Below are positions 9,853 through 19,846 of a stretch of 64,000 nucleotides of DNA, in pieces. The translations under genes were made by a program, and so were the position numbers. The notes below the pieces were generated by a model. The model searched no databases, had not been told where the DNA came from, and saw nothing but the letters and a program-made list of their open reading frames with translations. Position 1 is the stretch's first letter; every line of letters starts with the position of its first letter. Location: the IMG/VR virus record IMGVR_UViG_3300044641_009805, positions 124,001 through 188,000 of that record, one strand, 5' to 3'.

Positions 9853-10751
9853 ATAAGGTGTTTGTCTTACCTCCATCTGAGGATTGGATAGTCGATAGAT
9901 TTGTCAAAGAATGGAATGAAGATAATTCAGACATAAGTGTTAACCACCCAAAAGACGCAAATGTAGTTTGGTTATTAGCTGATTGGGCTTGGCAAAATCT
10001 GTATCAATCAGGTTGGTTAAACGGGAAAAAAGTTTTGACCACCGTTCACCACATTGTTCCTGAAAAATTTAATTCTTTAGCTTATCAAGAATTTATGTTT
10101 AGAGATAAGTTAACGACAGCATATCACGTTTACAACGAACAGACTAAAGACTTTATAAGTAGATTAACAAAAAAAGAAGTATTCGTGGTACCATATTGGG
10201 CAAATCAAAAGATATGGAAAGCAACTGGAAGTAAAAACGATTTAAGAAAAAAATATAATTTGCCGTTGAATTCATACTTGGTAGGATCTTTTCAAAGAGA
10301 CACGGAAGGATCTGATTTGATAAGTCCTAAATTAGAAAAAGGTCCAGATTTGCTGGCCGATTATCTAGAAAAAGTTGTTAAAAAGAATCCTGACTTGCAT
10401 GTTGTTTTGGCTGGATGGAGAAGACAGTATATAATCTCTAGACTAAAAAAATCTGGAATACCATTCACATACGTCGAGAGACCTCCTCATGATGTAATAA
10501 ACGAGTTGTATCAAACTCTTGATTTATATCCTGTGACAGCAAGATGTGAAGGAGGCCCTCAATCTTTGATAGAATGTGGACTATTAAATGTTCCAGTAAT
10601 TTCAAGAAACATAGGAATAGCTACGCAGGTTCTTCCTCTTCATTCTATTCATGACGATGTTAGTTTAGCTATTCCTTCAATTCCTGATGTTGAATCTTGG
10701 AAATTGCCACAAGGATATCAAGGATATCGAAATCTAATATCTGCCATGTAG
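9849..10751 (+). CDS. Glycosyltransferase, GT4-like
   Basis: EKGPD, EGGPQSLIECGLLNVPVIS (Ex7E); ATG at 9849 overlaps the previous stop. Confidence 0.85.
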   Translation: MNKVFVLPPSEDWIVDRFVKEWNEDNSDISVNHPKDANVVWLLADWAWQNLYQSGWLNGKKVLTTVHHIVPEKFNSLAYQEFMFRDKLTTAYHVYNEQTKDFISRLTKKEVFVVPYWANQKIWKATGSKNDLRKKYNLPLNSYLVGSFQRDTEGSDLISPKLEKGPDLLADYLEKVVKKNPDLHVVLAGWRRQYIISRLKKSGIPFTYVERPPHDVINELYQTLDLYPVTARCEGGPQSLIECGLLNVPVISRNIGIATQVLPLHSIHDDVSLAIPSIPDVESWKLPQGYQGYRNLISAM

Positions 10752-10765
10752 ATAAGGAGACAAAT

Positions 10766-11680
10766 ATGTCGATTACAATTGCAGTTACAACTTTTAATAG
10801 ACTAAAGTACGCTAAGTCTCTTTTTAAATCTTTAGAAAATGTAAAAAGCAATAATCAACTTATTGTTGTTGATAATTGTAGCACTGAAAAAGGTTTGCAA
10901 GATTATCTCTTTGATCTCAAGAAATCTAACTTGATAGACGATCTATTTTTGAGAGATCCTAAAGAAAGAAATTGGGTAAATGATGAATATGTTGCTAAGA
11001 ACATGATCATCGAGACTGCAAAAAATGACGTGATTTTATTTTTGCAAGATGATTTGCAGCTGATTGTTAATAATGAAGTTTTTGAAAAAACAGTTCAAGA
11101 TTTTATTAGCTTTGATGAGGCGAAAGCATTAGAAGTAAATGCTGTTAGAAACTCGACCGTATCTAACAGGTATGATGCCGATAACTGCGAAGTTTTTAAG
11201 CTCGAAAATTACAAATATTACAAACCGATAGACAATCATTTTCCCACAATGGGATTCTTCAAAAAAGAAGTTTTTGACTTAATTGGGAAATACCCAGTAG
11301 ATTGGCCTCAGACTCAAGATTATTGGGGAAGATCAGAAGACTGGTACGATAACGAAGTAAAATTAAAATTAAAAGATCAGATGAACTATTCTAGTTGGGT
11401 CCCTCTATTTGCTCCTGTGTGGAATGACCCTAGAGGAGGATATGCTTTCATTAGAGGTAATAAGAGGTATGGTTATTATTTAGACGCTCCATCTACTTCT
11501 GGTATGTACTATGAAAAATTGTCTGATGAACAGTATCAACAAAAACAAAATTCTAGGATTCCATTGGGGTTTACTGACGTTTGTAAATCAGATGGTTGGG
11601 AATACAAGGTGGTTAATAAAGACCAGGTAAAATATCCACAAAACAAAATTCTTTTAGAAGGACCTGAAGAGGAATTTTGA
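10766..11680 (+). CDS. Glycosyltransferase family 2
   Basis: AAGGAG SD; IAVTTFNR, IVVDNCS, FLQDD. Confidence 0.82.
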   Translation: MSITIAVTTFNRLKYAKSLFKSLENVKSNNQLIVVDNCSTEKGLQDYLFDLKKSNLIDDLFLRDPKERNWVNDEYVAKNMIIETAKNDVILFLQDDLQLIVNNEVFEKTVQDFISFDEAKALEVNAVRNSTVSNRYDADNCEVFKLENYKYYKPIDNHFPTMGFFKKEVFDLIGKYPVDWPQTQDYWGRSEDWYDNEVKLKLKDQMNYSSWVPLFAPVWNDPRGGYAFIRGNKRYGYYLDAPSTSGMYYEKLSDEQYQQKQNSRIPLGFTDVCKSDGWEYKVVNKDQVKYPQNKILLEGPEEEF

Positions 11681-12813
11681 TGAACGTTTTAATATTTCCT
11701 ACAGATGATAGAAGTGGACTAGCTTCTATGATCTACCACTATTCAAAATTGGGACATAAAGTTTTTGTTCCTAAAAAAGGAACGCTTGGTCTAAACTGGC
11801 AAAGAATAGCAACTTGGCCTGCTATGCTTTGTAAATCTTTTGAAGACAAAACAAAAAGAAATTTAGAAATTTATCCATTTGAAGAAAATCTTTCTTTTTT
11901 TGGAGAAGATTACTTTTTGAAAGATTTTAAATCTCATAATCTTTATGAAGAAGACATCTATTGTCAAATCATAGATTTGACAAAACAAAAATGTTCAATT
12001 GATGTATTCCACACCTTGCGAGGCGGCGAAAGTTCTTTACGCCAATATTTCAAAATAGCTTCAGAATATTTCCCAAATGCAAAATGGGTATCTTCAACAA
12101 TGAATGCTTGGGATAGTTCACCTGAAAATTACAAAACAAGAAACGCCGCTAAATTTATTCCTGCAAACTATGAAAATAAAAATACAGACGTAAACAATGT
12201 TAATGTCTTTTGTCTGCCATTCGAAAAGTCATTACTTGACATCACGAATGTCTCTATTTCAGGTTACGAAGATGTTTCTTTTGCTTCGTTTAACCACAAC
12301 TTTGAAGTAAGACAACCAGAAGACTATAAGATATTCAAGAAAATGAATTCCTTGCTTAGAGAAATCAATCTACCAGAAGTAATAAACTTCGGTGGAAACA
12401 TCCGTAGCGCAGGAGCTGACATTAGATATTCAAAAGAAAATGGCGTGACTGGTAAATTTCCTACAATCACGCCCAGACAATCTTACAAAATTACGTCTAG
12501 ATTAAAGGCAGCCGTTCATTTCAAGCAGACCGATTGGGGAGGTGGCGTTTTTTATTATTGCTTAAATTCTGGAACTCCCATCATTACGACCAATAGGTAC
12601 GTTAATTCTTCAAACGCTTCAAAGTATCTTATAGATAACATTAATTGTATTCTTGTCGATGATGCTTTAAAAGCATCAAATTCAATTGAAAAATTGTTAT
12701 TTGATGATTCTTACGTTAATAAATTAAGAAATGGAATGTTAGAACTTCAAAAAGAGATTCTTAATAATTCTTATTGGAAAAAGTGGGAAAATTTTATTGG
12801 AGAACTAACATGA
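11680..12813 (+). CDS. Putative GT-B glycosyltransferase
   Basis: C-terminal DWGGGVFYYCLNSGTPIIT...LIDNINCILVDD resembles the GT4 nucleotide-binding region; operon context. Confidence 0.55.
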   Translation: MNVLIFPTDDRSGLASMIYHYSKLGHKVFVPKKGTLGLNWQRIATWPAMLCKSFEDKTKRNLEIYPFEENLSFFGEDYFLKDFKSHNLYEEDIYCQIIDLTKQKCSIDVFHTLRGGESSLRQYFKIASEYFPNAKWVSSTMNAWDSSPENYKTRNAAKFIPANYENKNTDVNNVNVFCLPFEKSLLDITNVSISGYEDVSFASFNHNFEVRQPEDYKIFKKMNSLLREINLPEVINFGGNIRSAGADIRYSKENGVTGKFPTITPRQSYKITSRLKAAVHFKQTDWGGGVFYYCLNSGTPIITTNRYVNSSNASKYLIDNINCILVDDALKASNSIEKLLFDDSYVNKLRNGMLELQKEILNNSYWKKWENFIGELT

Positions 12814-13637
12814 AAGATACTTTATTTCTTTTGGTCACTTGTACGAAAGATGTGACTAGATTTGAGATACTAAAACAAGTTGTTGATAATCTAGTTCATG
12901 TAATTGATAAAAAAACGTTAGATGATTTGTTGGTATTTGATAATGCTTCTTCTTACGAAGGCAGCGTAAAATTATTGACAGACAATTTTGTTAACGTTTA
13001 CCAATCAAAAACCAACATTGGACTTTGGAGCGCAATACATTGGTGCTTAAAAAATTACCAATCTTTGATGAAAAGAGACTACAAATATCTTTACATTATC
13101 GAGTCAGACTTAATTCATTCCAATGACACTCTAAAAAAATTAGAAACATGTGAATCATTTTTAGAATCTAACAGTGAAGTAGGATTTATAAGGACAGAAG
13201 AATTTTTAGTTTCACAAAGACATTTGTACGATAAAGGAAGCCCAAAAAAAGATTCAAGAAAATACGCCTGGGTAACTCAAAATAACTTTATCCAAAACAA
13301 AAGAGTAGAGTTTTTTCAGTCAGATTGTGACGGTATGTATAAATGCAATTTTTTGGCAAAACTACCAGCCCTCAGCAGAATTCAAACTATGAAAGAAGTT
13401 TTTTTAGATCTTTCTAACTTAAAAAAGTTCAATGAGACTGATTATCAAAAGTTGTACTATCAAAGATATAAAATTTCAGCTGTCTTAGACGGAGGCATAT
13501 TTCATTCTAAGTTAGGAAATGAAAATACGGATGTAGTCATCAACGGCAGCAGGAATTACAACCTTAGCATTGATTACAGACCGACTAGATCTGATTCAAT
13601 AACTGAAATTTCTTTAGACGATGTTGTTAAACTTTGA
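12810..13637 (+). CDS. Putative GT2-like glycosyltransferase
   Basis: LVFDNASS, NIGL, YIIESD. Confidence 0.65.
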   Translation: MKDTLFLLVTCTKDVTRFEILKQVVDNLVHVIDKKTLDDLLVFDNASSYEGSVKLLTDNFVNVYQSKTNIGLWSAIHWCLKNYQSLMKRDYKYLYIIESDLIHSNDTLKKLETCESFLESNSEVGFIRTEEFLVSQRHLYDKGSPKKDSRKYAWVTQNNFIQNKRVEFFQSDCDGMYKCNFLAKLPALSRIQTMKEVFLDLSNLKKFNETDYQKLYYQRYKISAVLDGGIFHSKLGNENTDVVINGSRNYNLSIDYRPTRSDSITEISLDDVVKL

Positions 13638-13662
13638 ACAGTTTTTTTCGTGAAAGTATAAT
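13634..13662 (+). promoter_or_regulatory. Sigma70-type promoter, probably leaderless
   Basis: TTGAAC-17nt-TATAAT-7nt-ATG(13670); no SD. Confidence 0.7.
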
Positions 13663-13669
13663 TTGAACG

Positions 13670-14695
13670 ATGAAGTATCTAATATTCGGTGGAACTGGTT
13701 CCTTAGGAAAAAAATTAATTTCTAGATTTTTAAAAAGTGGCGATAAAATCGCTGTTTATTCTAGAGATGAAGCTAAGCATTGGACTATAAAGAACGAACT
13801 CAATTCTTCATCAGAAGTAGAGTTTTTTGTTGGAGACATTAGAGATTATAACCGAGTAAAAGAAGTTATACTTCATTACAAACCTCAAGTCATAATTGTC
13901 GCTGCTGCTTTAAAACAAGTTGATACTTGTGAGCTCAGTCCTTTTGAAAGCGTAATGACCAATTTATTAGGAACTCAAAATGTCGTTAAGTCAGTAAAAG
14001 ACATATCACAGTCTTGGGGATCTGACTGGAGGATAGAAAAAGTTTTGTTTGTTAGCACGGACAAAGCTTGTTCTCCTGTCAACGTTTACGGAATGTGTAA
14101 AGGAATATCTGAACGTCTAGTAACAAGTCAATCTAAAAATGATTCAACTGGCGTTAAATTTTTGTGCACCAGGTATGGAAACGTCCTAGAGTCTAGAGGA
14201 AGCATTATTCCACTTTTCAAATATCAAGCAGAATATTCTGAGAATCTAACAGTGACAGATCCAGATATGACCAGATTTGTTATGACCTTAGATGACAGCG
14301 TAGATCTAATTTTAGAAGCTTTAAAAAGAGGAGAAAGCGGAGAAACCTGGATTCCTAAAATACCTGCAATGAGGATTGGAGATCTAGCTGAAATTTTCTC
14401 AAGTTTGTATAAAAAGCAGATTAAGATCATTGGTCTTAGACCAGGAGAAAAAAAGCATGAAGATCTTATTAATGAGTCAGAGTCTGTTAGAACTAAAGAC
14501 GTAGAAACCCATTACGTAATAGGACCAGCTTATCAAGCAGGTTCTAACGATAGATTCATGTATACAAGCGCTGATGATGTCATGACAAAAGATCAGCTTT
14601 TTGTTAGATTAAAAGAACTTGGAATTATTGATATGTCTTTAGATAATTTTCAAGGATTAAAGATAGAAGAGATTGCAACAAACAGGAAAAACTAA
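13670..14695 (+). CDS. UDP-GlcNAc 4,6-dehydratase (PseB/FlaA1/CapD family)
   Basis: GGTGSLG, YSRDEAK, GDIRD, AAALKQV, STDKAC.PVNVYGMCK, RYGNVLESRGS, MTRF, GLRPGEKKHE. Confidence 0.92.
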   Translation: MKYLIFGGTGSLGKKLISRFLKSGDKIAVYSRDEAKHWTIKNELNSSSEVEFFVGDIRDYNRVKEVILHYKPQVIIVAAALKQVDTCELSPFESVMTNLLGTQNVVKSVKDISQSWGSDWRIEKVLFVSTDKACSPVNVYGMCKGISERLVTSQSKNDSTGVKFLCTRYGNVLESRGSIIPLFKYQAEYSENLTVTDPDMTRFVMTLDDSVDLILEALKRGESGETWIPKIPAMRIGDLAEIFSSLYKKQIKIIGLRPGEKKHEDLINESESVRTKDVETHYVIGPAYQAGSNDRFMYTSADDVMTKDQLFVRLKELGIIDMSLDNFQGLKIEEIATNRKN

Positions 14696-14696
14696 T

Positions 14697-15839
14697 ATGA
14701 ATAAACAATATCATCTTTTCAAAGTTCATATACCTGTAGAAAAAGCATTGGATCAAATCAAAAAAGTTTTTGAATCAGGATTCATAAATGAAGGAATACA
14801 AGTAACTGAATTAACGGAAAAGTTAAAGTCATATCTAAAGACTGAAAACTTGATACTGGTTAACAGCTGTACTTCAGCTTTAACAATGGCTCTACGTCTT
14901 TGTAATGTCACAAAAGATGATGAAGTTATTTCAACTTCTATGACCTGTGTAGCTACCAATACGCCAATTGACAACTTAGGCGCAAAAATAGTTTGGGCTG
15001 ATGTAGATCCTGAAAATGGAATGTTAGACCCAAACGACGTTCTTAATAAAATTACTGCAAAAACTAAAGCTGTCATTGCAGTTGCTTGGGCAGGAACCCC
15101 ACCAAGACTTCAAGAATTAAGCAAGATTTGTAAAGAAAAAAACGTTAAATTAATCTTGGATGCAGCTCATGCTTTTGGCGCATCTTACGATAACCTTCCT
15201 TTACATCATTGGTGCGATTTTGTTTGTTATAGCTTTCAAGCTATTAAACATGTCACTACAGGGGATGGCGGCGCTTTAATCAGTAAGTCTGATGAAGATT
15301 ATAAACGATCAAAATCGATGAAATGGTTTGGCCTAGATAGGGATGTAGCAAAAGACGCCTCAGGAAATTGGAAAGGCCAGCAATGGGATGTTGATATAGT
15401 TGAAGCTGGGTATAAATTTAACATGAACAACGTATCAGCAGCAATTGGATTATCGCAGATTGAATATTTCGATGAGATAATAAATTCTCACGTAAAAAAC
15501 GCTAAGTTGTATAAACAACTTTTTGAAAATGAAAAGTTTGTTTGTTCTGCTTCTATTCCTGAAGGATCTAACTCTACATTTTGGGTTTATACCATGAAAT
15601 TAAAAAATCCAAAATTAACAAGGGATCAACTATTGAAATCTTTAAATGAATTAGGAATACATGCAGGAGTGGTTCATGTTCCTAACCACGAGTATACTGC
15701 ATTTGAAAGCTTTAACACTAATTTGCCTGGTGTCGAAGAATTTTCAAAGAATCAATTTTCTTTACCTTGTGGGTGGTGGTTGGAAGAAAATGACATAATT
15801 GAGATTGCAACAAAGGTGAAAGAAATTGTCAACTGTTGA
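14697..15839 (+). CDS. DegT/DnrJ/EryC1/StrS PLP-dependent sugar aminotransferase
   Basis: NSCTSAL, DAAHAFGA, SFQAIKHVTTGDGG, GYKFNM. Confidence 0.93.
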   Translation: MNKQYHLFKVHIPVEKALDQIKKVFESGFINEGIQVTELTEKLKSYLKTENLILVNSCTSALTMALRLCNVTKDDEVISTSMTCVATNTPIDNLGAKIVWADVDPENGMLDPNDVLNKITAKTKAVIAVAWAGTPPRLQELSKICKEKNVKLILDAAHAFGASYDNLPLHHWCDFVCYSFQAIKHVTTGDGGALISKSDEDYKRSKSMKWFGLDRDVAKDASGNWKGQQWDVDIVEAGYKFNMNNVSAAIGLSQIEYFDEIINSHVKNAKLYKQLFENEKFVCSASIPEGSNSTFWVYTMKLKNPKLTRDQLLKSLNELGIHAGVVHVPNHEYTAFESFNTNLPGVEEFSKNQFSLPCGWWLEENDIIEIATKVKEIVNC

Positions 15840-16362
15840 AGCTAAAGAATTAACACATCAAAAATTCTCATTAAGAGAAGTTTGCGATGATGATCATCTT
15901 TGGTTAGTAGAACTTCATAACGATCCTGAAGTTTTGAAAAACTTAACTAATCCTCAACCTATTACTTTAGAATCTCACTTAAATTGGTGGAATTCTTTGA
16001 ATAAAGAAAAAGAAAAAAGATACGTTTTTTGTGTTAATGAAGAAAAAGTAGGATTTTGCAAAATCTATTCAATAGATCGTAATAACAAAAATTGTTTATT
16101 AGGAGCAGATATACACAAAGACTATAGAGGAAAAGGGTTAGCAAAGCACATGTGGCAATTAATGCTTCATGTTTGTTTTAATGAGTTAAGTCTACACAGG
16201 GTTTCTTTAACCACAGCATCCTATAATTTGATAGGACAAAGAGTTTACAAAAATCTAGGATTCAAAGAAGAAGGTAGACAAATTGAATCGTTGTACAGAG
16301 AAGAAAAATATCATGATTCTATATGCATGTATTTGTTAAAACAAGACTGGAATAACAAATGA
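15826..16362 (+). CDS. GNAT N-acetyltransferase (PseH/RimL-like)
   Basis: ITLESHLNWW, YRGKGLA, VYKNLGFKEEG. Confidence 0.88.
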   Translation: MSTVEAKELTHQKFSLREVCDDDHLWLVELHNDPEVLKNLTNPQPITLESHLNWWNSLNKEKEKRYVFCVNEEKVGFCKIYSIDRNNKNCLLGADIHKDYRGKGLAKHMWQLMLHVCFNELSLHRVSLTTASYNLIGQRVYKNLGFKEEGRQIESLYREEKYHDSICMYLLKQDWNNK

Positions 16363-17063
16363 AAATTTTCGTTGGAACGATGGAACATGGAGAACTAGAT
16401 TTTCAAGCTTCTAAAGAATCAATTCAAAATCAAGTTGGTTTTGAAATAACTCATCACATAGTTTCAAATCATCCAGAAAAAGAAGCTCATGAAAAATTAT
16501 TTTCCGCGTGGAATGAAGCTAAAAAAGATCATCAACTTTTCTTGAAGGTTGATGCCGATACTGTCTTGTCTCATAATGAAGTTATAAAAAACTTTGTTGA
16601 AGTTTTTGAAAGTAACTCTAGAGTAACAGGTGCGCAAGCTTGGTTACACGATTATTTGACAGACAGCTTGATATATGGACTAACTTGCTTAAAAAACACT
16701 GTCAATGTTGCAACAAAAGTTGATAAGTTGTATCCTGATCGAGCAGACACGGGTCATGATATCGTTTTACGCGGAAATCAATTACCTGAAAAGTTAATAC
16801 CTGCCGGGAAGCATTGCTGGTACTCTTCAGAATCTCAAGCATTTCATTACGGCTTTCATAGAGGTAAAAAGAACCAATCAGACATTCTTAATAAGGTCTA
16901 TTCTGCTTGGGAAAAAAACGATTTTGACAGAATCAGAGGCATGTGTCTAATGGGATTTAAGTTGTCTTTATCGTACGAAAATGTTGATTATAGAGATGAA
17001 GATTTTCAAAATGCTTTTGAAATTGCTAAGAGAACTTACTCAAAAGAAAAAGTAAAAAGATGA
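16359..17063 (+). CDS. Putative GT-A glycosyltransferase
   Basis: FLKVDADTVL (DxD motif); operon context. Confidence 0.55.
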   Translation: MKIFVGTMEHGELDFQASKESIQNQVGFEITHHIVSNHPEKEAHEKLFSAWNEAKKDHQLFLKVDADTVLSHNEVIKNFVEVFESNSRVTGAQAWLHDYLTDSLIYGLTCLKNTVNVATKVDKLYPDRADTGHDIVLRGNQLPEKLIPAGKHCWYSSESQAFHYGFHRGKKNQSDILNKVYSAWEKNDFDRIRGMCLMGFKLSLSYENVDYRDEDFQNAFEIAKRTYSKEKVKR

Positions 17064-17965
17064 AATTGCATGTATTGATTGACAACTTGTCTTACATTCA
17101 GTCTAACTGTTATCAACATCAGTTATTCAAAACTTTAAGTCAAGAGTGTGAATTGACCTTTAGCACAATTGATGACATATTGAAGAATAAAAAAATATCT
17201 TCAAACCATGATAGGATATTGTCATGTTTAAAGCTTAGGACAATAAACAACAACGTTCATACAATTAAGAGGTTTTTAGATAATAGAGAAATTTATATCT
17301 ATGAACAGGATCCTTGGGAATCTTTCAAAGATGATTCGCAATATAAGGGTTCATATCATAAGATTTATAACGAGTTGAATGTTTTATCCTTCTTAAATAC
17401 GTCGAAGTGGTGGAGCGACTTTATCAACTCTCAAGGAATAAGGTCTAAATTTGTGAAGATGTGGATGTTGCCAGAATATTGTTCTGCTGTTCCTAATTTA
17501 TCTTCACGACAAATAGATTTAGGCTTTTGTGGCCAACTACATCCTTATAGGAAAAAATTCTTTGATTATCTTAAAAGTGAAGGAATTGTTGTCGAGGTGA
17601 TGAAACCTGCTCCTTACCAAGAATTTTTGCAAAATTTGTCAAATATAAAAATCTATGTGCATAATGAGCAAGTCAATTGGCAGGTGAATGGAAAAAACAT
17701 CTCAGCAAATGCGCTGTGGATTAAAGATGTTGAGGCCGCAGCTAGAGGTTGTATAAGCATCAGAGATTATGAAGAAGAATTAGAAAATTATGTTCCTAAA
17801 AATAATATCTCTACGATAATGACTTATGATTCATTTGAGAATGCAATTGAAGTGATAAGAAGAAACTTGAAAGAAGTGAATCAACTTCAAGACAAAATAA
17901 TTGAATCAGTGAACGCAATAAAGAATGATGTTGGATGGAAAACTGTTATTAAGGCGTTAGAATAA
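17060..17965 (+). CDS. Putative GT-B (CgeB/YkvP-like) glycosyltransferase
   Basis: RQIDLGFCGQLHPYRKK ... KDVEAAARGC. Confidence 0.55.
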   Translation: MKLHVLIDNLSYIQSNCYQHQLFKTLSQECELTFSTIDDILKNKKISSNHDRILSCLKLRTINNNVHTIKRFLDNREIYIYEQDPWESFKDDSQYKGSYHKIYNELNVLSFLNTSKWWSDFINSQGIRSKFVKMWMLPEYCSAVPNLSSRQIDLGFCGQLHPYRKKFFDYLKSEGIVVEVMKPAPYQEFLQNLSNIKIYVHNEQVNWQVNGKNISANALWIKDVEAAARGCISIRDYEEELENYVPKNNISTIMTYDSFENAIEVIRRNLKEVNQLQDKIIESVNAIKNDVGWKTVIKALE

Positions 17966-17967
17966 TC

Positions 17968-17996
17968 TTGATCATTTTTTTATTTTTTCTTATAAT
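17968..17996 (+). promoter_or_regulatory. Sigma70-type promoter, probably leaderless
   Basis: TTGATC-17nt-TATAAT-6nt-ATG(18003); no SD. Confidence 0.7.
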
Positions 17997-18002
17997 CTTT
18001 GT

Positions 18003-18935
18003 ATGAAGAAACAATCTATTGCTGTTGTAGGTCAAGGGTTTGTTGGCGGCTCTCTTACTACTGTCTTTGCTGAAAGAGGATTCGACGTCTTGGTGCATGA
18101 CAAGACAGGAAAAGTCTGTACTGGAGGAAAGCAACCAACAACAACAGAAGGATTACACCCGACTAATGTAAATGAGTTCGTAAAGTCATGTGAAGCATCT
18201 GAAAACTTCTCAAAAGTGTATTTTGTGTGTCTACCGACTCCGATGTATGATGACGGATCTGCGGATCTGTCTATCGTAGAAGGTGTTCTTTCGCAATTGG
18301 CAACTTTACCTGGCGAGAGAATTGCTGTAGTAAAATCCACGGTTCCTCCTGGCTCTACTGAGAGATGGAACAAGATGTTTTCAGAACAAGGCCTTCATGT
18401 AGTTTTTAATCCAGAATTTCTCACAGAGGCCAACGCTCTAGATGACATGAGAAATCAAAATCGTATTATTCTTGGTGGCCCTCGCCCATGGATTAATACC
18501 GTGAAACAAGTTTTTCAAACAGCATTTCCAAAAGTTCCACTCATTAAAACTTCGTCAACGACAGCTGAGATGGTGAAATATGTCACTAATAACTTCCTGA
18601 CAGTTAAGGTTTCGTTTGCAAACGAGATGTATCAGGTTTGTAATGCCCTAGATAAATCCGGATTAAATGTGGATTATGATAAGGTAATTGAATATGCAAA
18701 GTATGATTCTAGGTTAGGATCAAGCCACTGGAGTGTACCTGGACCTGATGGTGACTTTGGCAGCGGGGGTCACTGTTTCCCTAAGGACATCAATGCTATG
18801 ATCGACGTTGCAAAAAATCTTGAAGTTAAACCGACTGTTCTTAAAGCTGCGTGGGAAAAGAATCTTGAGGTTAGAAAAGACAGAGATTGGGAACGTATGT
18901 CTGGCCGCGCAGTTTCTAAAAAATCCAAAGATTGA
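18003..18935 (+). CDS. UDP-glucose/GDP-mannose dehydrogenase family, short form
   Basis: VGQGFVG, CLPTP, KSTVPPGST, NPEFL, KYVTNNFL, catalytic GGHCFPKD. Confidence 0.9.
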   Translation: MKKQSIAVVGQGFVGGSLTTVFAERGFDVLVHDKTGKVCTGGKQPTTTEGLHPTNVNEFVKSCEASENFSKVYFVCLPTPMYDDGSADLSIVEGVLSQLATLPGERIAVVKSTVPPGSTERWNKMFSEQGLHVVFNPEFLTEANALDDMRNQNRIILGGPRPWINTVKQVFQTAFPKVPLIKTSSTTAEMVKYVTNNFLTVKVSFANEMYQVCNALDKSGLNVDYDKVIEYAKYDSRLGSSHWSVPGPDGDFGSGGHCFPKDINAMIDVAKNLEVKPTVLKAAWEKNLEVRKDRDWERMSGRAVSKKSKD

Positions 18936-18939
18936 ACTA

Positions 18940-18963
18940 ATAAGGTAATGTAAATTACCTTAT
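18940..18963. promoter_or_regulatory. Perfect 10-bp inverted repeat overlapping the putative promoter of the nuclease gene
   Basis: ATAAGGTAAT-gtaa-ATTACCTTAT, lying within TTGAAC-18nt-TACCTT-6nt-ATG(18968). Confidence 0.5.
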
Positions 18964-18967
18964 AACA

Positions 18968-19786
18968 ATGCAAGAAAATAATAGTTCCTTCCAAACTTTG
19001 CCTACTGGAAAACCGCATGTTTCTTTTTCTGAGGTAAAGTTATGGAAGGAATGTTCTTTTAGACATCATCTAATTCATATTAAAAAGATTGATTTGTCTA
19101 AACCTTCTCCTGTTTTAGACTTTGGAACCGCTGTCCATGCATCTTGCGAAAAATATCTGTTGACTCGAGAGATGGATCAGCAGGTCGCGTTTAGTCATCT
19201 AGACAATGCTTGGAAGAAGCATGAAGACAATCCTGATTTTTCTAAATCTGCTTTAGAGAAAGCTAAAGTTGAAGTATCTCAAATTCTATCTGAGGTTCCT
19301 GCATTTTTAGATAAAGAGTTTCCTGAATGGCAAGTCGTTGATGCAGAGCATCAACTTTATGAAGCCGTTGAAGGTCATCCTCATGCATTCAAAGGTTTTA
19401 TTGATGGAGTCATTAAAGCCAAGGGTAAAAGAGGAGAAACAGTCTATTGGATTCTCGATTGGAAAACTACTATAAGAGGGTGGTTTCGAGAAAAAAGATC
19501 AGACGACATGGTAAAAGCCCAGCTGGCTCTTTACAAAAACTATTGGTGTCAAAAAAATCCTAATGTTCCATTCAAGGATGTTAGATGCGGTTTTGTGCTT
19601 TTGAAAAAGTCAGCAAAACCAGGAGAACATTGCGAGTTATTTTCTGTTTCTCTTGGTGAGGTCCCAATTAAGAAATCTCTTAAGGTTGTTGGAAACATGT
19701 TGACCTCTGTCAAACGAGGCATTGCCATCAAAAATAGAGATGCATGCACATACTGTGAGTATAAAGGCACTGAGCATTGCACATAA
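18968..19786 (+). CDS. PD-(D/E)XK RecB/Cas4-like exonuclease with probable Fe-S cluster
   Basis: SFSEVKLWKEC, FGTAVH, KGFIDG, ILDWKT, QLALY, C-terminal CTYCEYKGTEHC. Confidence 0.88.
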   Translation: MQENNSSFQTLPTGKPHVSFSEVKLWKECSFRHHLIHIKKIDLSKPSPVLDFGTAVHASCEKYLLTREMDQQVAFSHLDNAWKKHEDNPDFSKSALEKAKVEVSQILSEVPAFLDKEFPEWQVVDAEHQLYEAVEGHPHAFKGFIDGVIKAKGKRGETVYWILDWKTTIRGWFREKRSDDMVKAQLALYKNYWCQKNPNVPFKDVRCGFVLLKKSAKPGEHCELFSVSLGEVPIKKSLKVVGNMLTSVKRGIAIKNRDACTYCEYKGTEHCT

Positions 19787-19846
19787 TTTTTTGTTAGTTT
19801 GATGAATTTTTATTACAACTTTTGAAAAGTAGGTAATATATCGTTG

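Noticed and set aside
18968-19786. CRISPR-Cas system
   Set aside because: Solo Cas4-like nuclease; no cas1/cas2 and no repeat-spacer array seen
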